A DNA stretch of 64,000 nt from an uncultured Methylococcus sp. (GTDB lineage Bacteria; Pseudomonadota; Gammaproteobacteria; Methylococcales; Methylococcaceae), in the NCBI GenBank assembly GCA_964386975.1, contig CAYLUS010000001.1, positions 67,630 to 131,629 on the forward strand, read 5' to 3'. A program made the position numbers and the translations under genes. How positions within the stretch are numbered: the first letter of the stretch is position 1; every line of letters begins with the position of its first letter. The notes beneath the pieces are model-generated. The model made no database searches. It was not told the origin of the DNA and saw only the letters and a program-made list of their open reading frames with translations. Below, piece by piece: positions 59,092 through 64,000 of this stretch.

Positions 59092-60735
59092 CTACCACTG
59101 CGGCGCCCTCACCGTTCCTTTGGCGGGACCCTTGCCGTCTGGCACGATGTCCAAAAGGCTTCCCCATCCCGTGCGATTTTCCATGGCGGACTGAATTTCC
59201 GGCGGAATGAATGACTTGCCCTCTCGAATCTGCCAGCCACCGCCCATACCCCGGTAAACCAATACCAGGCTTGAGGCCACCTCACCCAGCGTTGTAGCAA
59301 AATCTTCCTGCTGCGTGAGGAGCGATTGCTCCGCCGTCAGAACCGTCGTGAAATCAGCAATCCCCTCCCGGTATTGGACGGTCGCGAGCTCCAAAGAGCG
59401 CTTCGCAGCCGCCGTGCTTTGTGCGAGAAACTCAGCCGAGTCCTGTCCTTTGAGGAAGAAGATCAGCCCGTCTTCGACCTCTTTTTGCGCCTTAAGCACG
59501 GTCTGCTGATAGTCCACCAAGGCTTCCTGGTAACGCGCATCCTGACCTCTGACCTGATTCGTGATTTGTCCGTAGTTGAGGACATTCCATTGAAACGCCG
59601 GACCAAACCGGTAGAACTGATTGCCCCAGGCAAAAATATCACTGAGGCTATGACCACTGGCATTGGAGGAAACAAAGGCGAAGCTCCCGCTGATTGAAAA
59701 AGCGGGATACAGGTTGGCCTTGGCCACGCCGACCTGGGCAGCCTGCGCGTGCGCATAATTTTCAGCCTGGCGGACATCCGGCCGGCGCCGCAAAAGATCG
59801 AGCGGAATCCCAACAGCCACCTGCACCGGGGGCACCGGGATAGCCGCGACTTGTTTGCCGGCGCCGAGGGGCTTTTCAAGATCATTTGGCGCCATGCCCA
59901 ACAGCACCGACAACGCATTCTTGACTCGCCGAAGTTCGGCCTCAAGCATCGGGATCTTGGCCTGCGTGCTGCCTAACACGGTTTTGGCCTGCTCCACGTC
60001 TCTCCGCGAAGAGCTTCCGCCCCGAAATTTGGCCTCGGCGATCCGCAGACTCTCAAGCTGCACATGGACGTTGTTGTGGGCAATTTCAATTTTCTTTTCA
60101 ATGGTTCGAATGCGGATGTAGGCGACCGCCACATCCGCAGTCAAGGTCACCAGCACGTTGTCATAAGCCGCAACCGAGGCCAGCAGGCTGGCATCGGCCG
60201 ATTCGATGGCGCGGCGCAGTTTTCCCCAGATATCCAACTCCCAGCTCAAGGTCGGCCCGATCCGATCCAACCAGAGGCCCGTGACCGAGCCGCTACCATC
60301 CGTGGATGGAAGACGCTCGCTCAGGCCCGACTTTGGGAGGTGAATATCCCAAACCAGGCCATCCAGCTTCTGCTCCTGAGGCCAGAACTGGCCGATACTC
60401 ACACCCAGTTGCGCCTGTCCCTGGAGCACCCGCAACCCGGCAGCGCGCAGGGTCAGGTTCTGCGCGTAGGCTTTTTCAATGAGGCCATCGAGGATGGGAT
60501 CCTTGAAGGCTTTCCACCAGGTCTTGGCATCGGTTGACTGGCTGGTGATGCGGGTATCCTCAAGATCCCTCCAGGCTGGGTTGATTTGCGTATCAGGCTT
60601 CTCGAAATCAGGGCCGATCAAGGTGCATCCCGAAAGCAAGAGGCCCAGCAGCGGACTGATTCGCAGAGGGCGAAAGCCACACCGCTTTTGATCCGAAAAT
60701 CCTGCCCTGACCCATGGCATCAAACGCACGCGCAT
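59092..60735 (-). CDS. efflux outer-membrane factor lipoprotein (NodT/OprM family)
   Basis: Lipobox LLLSGC followed by GPDFEKP, and two TolC-like repeats. Start placed at MRVRLMPW (60735), 13 nt after the glgX stop. The ORF-track start at 60846 overlaps glgX. Confidence 0.88.
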   Translation of the reverse strand: MRVRLMPWVRAGFSDQKRCGFRPLRISPLLGLLLSGCTLIGPDFEKPDTQINPAWRDLEDTRITSQSTDAKTWWKAFKDPILDGLIEKAYAQNLTLRAAGLRVLQGQAQLGVSIGQFWPQEQKLDGLVWDIHLPKSGLSERLPSTDGSGSVTGLWLDRIGPTLSWELDIWGKLRRAIESADASLLASVAAYDNVLVTLTADVAVAYIRIRTIEKKIEIAHNNVHVQLESLRIAEAKFRGGSSSRRDVEQAKTVLGSTQAKIPMLEAELRRVKNALSVLLGMAPNDLEKPLGAGKQVAAIPVPPVQVAVGIPLDLLRRRPDVRQAENYAHAQAAQVGVAKANLYPAFSISGSFAFVSSNASGHSLSDIFAWGNQFYRFGPAFQWNVLNYGQITNQVRGQDARYQEALVDYQQTVLKAQKEVEDGLIFFLKGQDSAEFLAQSTAAAKRSLELATVQYREGIADFTTVLTAEQSLLTQQEDFATTLGEVASSLVLVYRGMGGGWQIREGKSFIPPEIQSAMENRTGWGSLLDIVPDGKGPAKGTVRAPQW

Positions 60736-60748
60736 CCCGTCTTTCTCG

Positions 60749-62896
60749 CTAACGATTCGATACAAGAATCTGGAAACTGCGGCCCTGAACGGCATGCAGC
60801 GGACCTGATGGTACCCTTCTGGCATGGCCGCGATCGACAATGTCATTCGGCGCTGCCAAGGCCGTATCTACCAGAAGCTGCCATTCGCTCATGATGGCAA
60901 CCACCGGCAACTGAAAATCCAGGGTCTCAGGGGTCGGATTGGCCATCAGGCAGAGGCTGTAATTCCCGGCATGAGGGTGCAGATGGCAACCTATAGCGGC
61001 ATCCGTATGCCAGTCGGGGGCCTGTCCCTGGGACTGAAACCAGGTAATCTCATCGGGATCATAAAACCGATCACTGGAGAGCACCGGGAACTGCCGACGC
61101 AAGGCAATCATCTCTCTGACAAAACGGACAAACTCGGCATTTTTTTCCACCAAGTTCCAGTCAAACCAGGAAATTTCGTTGTCCTGGCAATAGGCGTTGT
61201 TGTTGCCGTTCTGGGTTCGCTTAAACTCGTCCCCCCCAAGCAACATCGGCACCCCCCGGGACACCAGCAGCGTGGTGATGAAGTTCTTGATCTGCCGCCC
61301 GCGCAGGGTCTCAATCTCGGGATTATTGCTGGCCCCTTCTACGCCATGGTTCGCGCTGTAATTGGCGGAACAGCCATCCCGATTGTCCTCACCATTGGCG
61401 AGGTTCCTCTTCTGTTCGTAACTCACCAGGTCATAGAGCGTGAAGCCGTCATGGCAGGTCACGAAATTGATGCTGTTGACCGGCGCTTTGCCGCTGTGTT
61501 CGTAGATGTCCGCGCTGCCACACAGGCGACTGGCAAAAGCGCCAGCCATGCCCGGATCGCCCCGCCAATAGCGACGGATATCATCCCGGTAGAGGCCATT
61601 CCACTCCGACCAGCGCTCGCCAGGAAAACGACCCACCAGGTAAGCCCCGCCGGCATCCCACGCCTCCGCAATGAGTTTGACGTCCCGAAGAATAGGGTCT
61701 TCTGCAATTTGCTCCAGAAGCGGTGGGTTAGCGACCAAACTGCCATCACGATCGCGGCCGAGGATTGAGGCGAGATCAAAACGGAACCCATCCACGTGCA
61801 TTTCAACGACCCAGTAGCGGAGGCACTCGAGAATGAAATTCCGTACCACCGGGTGATTGCAGTTCATGGTGTTGCCGCAACCGGAGTAATTTTTGTAATA
61901 GCGCCGGTCATCCTCGAGGATGTAATAGATGCTGTTATCCAATCCCCGAAAGTTGAGGGTGGGACCCGTCTCGTTGCCTTCGGCGGTGTGATTGAAAACC
62001 ACATCCAGCAGCACCTCGATTCCCGCCTTGTGCAAGGCCTTGACCATGGTCTTGAATTCATCGACCTGGCAGCCAGGGTAGAGCCGCGTGCTATAGCCCT
62101 CGAAGGGCGCAAAAAAGGCAATCGTGTTGTAGCCCCAGTAATTAGTGAGGGGAACCCCTGTCTCAGGGTTAACCACTGTCACCTCTCTGGGATTGAAGCT
62201 TTGCAGGGGCATGAGCTCTACGGCATTGATGCCGAGCGACTGCAAATAGGGAATCTTGTCGATGACGCCAAGAAACGTTCCGGGGGATTGGCTCTCCGAC
62301 GAGGGATGAATGGTCAGCCCGCGGACATGGGCCTCATAAATAACAAGGCTTGACCAGGCGTGATGCAACGGCCGATCATCCTCCCAGTCGAAGGTGCTGT
62401 CGGTCACAAGGCACTTGAGAAGGGCGGGCGCCTGCAATTCGCGACCGGCGCGAACCGAGCGATCGCAGATTCGACCAAAATCAACCCGATCGGGGCTTAC
62501 CAGCGCTGTTGCACAGGGATCCAGGAGAGGAAAAGACGCATCAAACCGGTGCCCTTTCTCGGGCACGTGCGGACCTGCCACCTGATACGCATACACCGTG
62601 CCACGACCGAGCCCTTGGACCCGGATATGCCACATATCGCCAGTTTTGTTACAAGCCGGGTCCAGCGCGATCACTTCGACCGGCAAATCATCCGAGGGCG
62701 CCGCATAAAGCAGCAGGGAGACGCGTTCGGCATGTCGGGAAAACAGGGCAAAATTGACGGCATCACCGATGATATGAGCGCCTTGAGGCAACGGCGAACC
62801 GGGCGTGCAGCGCGAGGGCCATTTGGGCGTAACCCCGTTATTCACGATCGTTTTCACGACAGGGCCAGATGCGCAACCACCGGCACGATTGTCCAC
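60749..62896 (-). CDS. glgX: glycogen debranching enzyme GlgX (GH13)
   Basis: 715 aa. N-terminal GA..IGDAVNFALFS, and GH13 conserved regions VLLDVVFNHT, GFRFDLAS, LIAEAWD and FVTCHDGF. Confidence 0.9.
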   Translation of the reverse strand: MDNRAGGCASGPVVKTIVNNGVTPKWPSRCTPGSPLPQGAHIIGDAVNFALFSRHAERVSLLLYAAPSDDLPVEVIALDPACNKTGDMWHIRVQGLGRGTVYAYQVAGPHVPEKGHRFDASFPLLDPCATALVSPDRVDFGRICDRSVRAGRELQAPALLKCLVTDSTFDWEDDRPLHHAWSSLVIYEAHVRGLTIHPSSESQSPGTFLGVIDKIPYLQSLGINAVELMPLQSFNPREVTVVNPETGVPLTNYWGYNTIAFFAPFEGYSTRLYPGCQVDEFKTMVKALHKAGIEVLLDVVFNHTAEGNETGPTLNFRGLDNSIYYILEDDRRYYKNYSGCGNTMNCNHPVVRNFILECLRYWVVEMHVDGFRFDLASILGRDRDGSLVANPPLLEQIAEDPILRDVKLIAEAWDAGGAYLVGRFPGERWSEWNGLYRDDIRRYWRGDPGMAGAFASRLCGSADIYEHSGKAPVNSINFVTCHDGFTLYDLVSYEQKRNLANGEDNRDGCSANYSANHGVEGASNNPEIETLRGRQIKNFITTLLVSRGVPMLLGGDEFKRTQNGNNNAYCQDNEISWFDWNLVEKNAEFVRFVREMIALRRQFPVLSSDRFYDPDEITWFQSQGQAPDWHTDAAIGCHLHPHAGNYSLCLMANPTPETLDFQLPVVAIMSEWQLLVDTALAAPNDIVDRGHARRVPSGPLHAVQGRSFQILVSNR

Positions 62897-63517
62897 TCAG
62901 CGCGAGGCACGCTGAATTTCCGCCGCAATCTCCCGATTCAGCTTTTCAAGACAGCCATTCAATGCTGACACGATCAGGCTGTAATCGCTGACAGAAGCCG
63001 GCTGCCGACAAGAGAACCGATGAGGCACCAGCCCCGCCTGGCCAGACTTCAGGGACCACGACGCATCGAGTCGGGCCTGCCCGGCTGCGTCAGCATGCAT
63101 TTCCTGAATACTGATACCCACGACCACGTCCGGCTTGGCATCCCTGCCCCACGGAGCCATGACAATTTTTTCCGTGGGAATGAGGAGACTGAGATTCTGC
63201 AGGGTGACCCGAGCGACATTCTCATCAAGCCGCTCTGCCCAGCGGTTGTCCTCCGAGACCTGATAGCCGTGACCATTCAACGCGGTGACAATTTGGGGGC
63301 GGTCAAGGTAAGCGGGAATTCTGACCGGCGTCATGCCGACCAGGAGCGCCGCAGGCCGGGGGGCGGCCGAGAGGCTGGCGCTGGCATCGATCGGCTTGAG
63401 CATGAAAAACTGGTCTGACCCGGCTGACCGCATGCAGCCTGCCATGGCCAGCATCCAAACCGCCAGCACACCGACAACGGGTGCCTTGCTCATCACATTG
63501 AAAAAAGGAACGGCCAA
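62897..63517 (-). CDS. PqiC/YmbA-family (DUF330) ABC-type transport auxiliary lipoprotein
   Basis: Lipobox LAMAGC. PVRIPAYLDRPQIV motif typical of PqiC. The TTG start at 63517 has GGGAGA upstream, with an alternative ATG at 63493. Follows an MCE-family gene. Confidence 0.7.
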   Translation of the reverse strand: MAVPFFNVMSKAPVVGVLAVWMLAMAGCMRSAGSDQFFMLKPIDASASLSAAPRPAALLVGMTPVRIPAYLDRPQIVTALNGHGYQVSEDNRWAERLDENVARVTLQNLSLLIPTEKIVMAPWGRDAKPDVVVGISIQEMHADAAGQARLDASWSLKSGQAGLVPHRFSCRQPASVSDYSLIVSALNGCLEKLNREIAAEIQRASR

Positions 63518-63600
63518 CAGCCTGTCTCCCGATACGTGCGAAGGATCTTATATGCAAAGGATACCATGCCGGCATACTTAGCCCCGAAGCCCAAGACGGT

Positions 63601-64000
63601 CTAAGGCTTTTTGCCAAACAACAGCGAGTCCGGGTGTCGCTCCAAGTAATCCGTCAGGTTGCGAATCGAGCGCGCCGCCCGCTCCAACGCGACCAGTGTC
63701 GACTCAAGGGCGGCATCATCCGAGGTCACGTCCGCGACATTTTCAGCCGCCGCCTGTGTCGATTTAAGGGTATTTTCTGCAGCGACCATCATCGGTTTTG
63801 CATGCGACTTCATCGTGTGGGCCGCAGAGGCCACATCCTCTCCGGCAACACTCAGGTTGTTCATCAATCCCGGGAGGCGTTTCTCCACTTCGGCCAAAAT
63901 CCGTTGCGTACTTTCAAGTGATTTAGCCAGGGCCAGCTGCGATTTACGCGCATCCTCGGAGCCCATCAGGCGGTGAAGTTCTGCCAATGAGCCTGCCAAA
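63601..64000 (-). CDS. MlaD/PqiB (MCE) family protein, C-terminal part (5' end beyond the window)
   Basis: The ORF is open to the window edge. The helical C-terminal extension ends ...RSIRNLTDYLERHPDSLLFGKKP, as in MCE-domain proteins that precede PqiC-like lipoproteins. Confidence 0.6.
   Translation of the reverse strand, partial: LAGSLAELHRLMGSEDARKSQLALAKSLESTQRILAEVEKRLPGLMNNLSVAGEDVASAAHTMKSHAKPMMVAAENTLKSTQAAAENVADVTSDDAALESTLVALERAARSIRNLTDYLERHPDSLLFGKKP

Overview
A 64-kb chromosomal segment with a typical gammaproteobacterial backbone. Conserved syntenies include hom-thrC, smc-zipA-ligA, dusB-fis-purH and prfB-lysS. By eye the GC content is moderately high and coding density is about 90%. 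I found no rRNA, tRNA, CRISPR array, transposase, integrase or phage genes. About 55 CDS are supported by motifs readable in the translations. Three accessory-looking modules sit between housekeeping blocks. (1) 24.0-38.1 kb is a surface-glycan locus. It holds a divergent TviB/WbpO-type UDP-HexNAc dehydrogenase and a 12-gene co-directional array: Wzy_C/O-antigen-ligase-like protein, MurJ-like flippase, two paralogous GT2s bracketing a PAPS sulfotransferase plus a dedicated APS kinase, two GT4s and an AsnB/WbpS-type amidotransferase. The array runs by ATGA overlaps into the methionine-salvage genes mtnB-mtnD-mtnC. (2) 49.8-54.7 kb is a lanthanide-type PQQ methanol dehydrogenase island (xoxF with the WDFDG signature, plus xoxJ). 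It has no cytochrome c partner in the window. Instead it is paired divergently with a periplasmic metallo-beta-lactamase-fold hydrolase and a SoxY-SoxZ fusion carrier whose GGC cysteine sits at the domain junction. I consider this poorly understood 'quinoprotein relay' the best candidate for undescribed biochemistry here. (3) 54.7-60.7 kb is an OMF-MFP-RND efflux operon, preceded co-directionally by glgX and a PqiC/MlaD-type module. Other notable items are the programmed +1 frameshift in prfB (missed by the ORF track), a sigma32-type promoter for clpB, an orphan STAS/anti-sigma-kinase pair coupled to a CNNM/CorC transporter, and a SufU-type suf operon with an Rrf2 regulator and a terminal Rieske protein. 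All functional calls rest on motif recognition by eye. No database search or computation was run.
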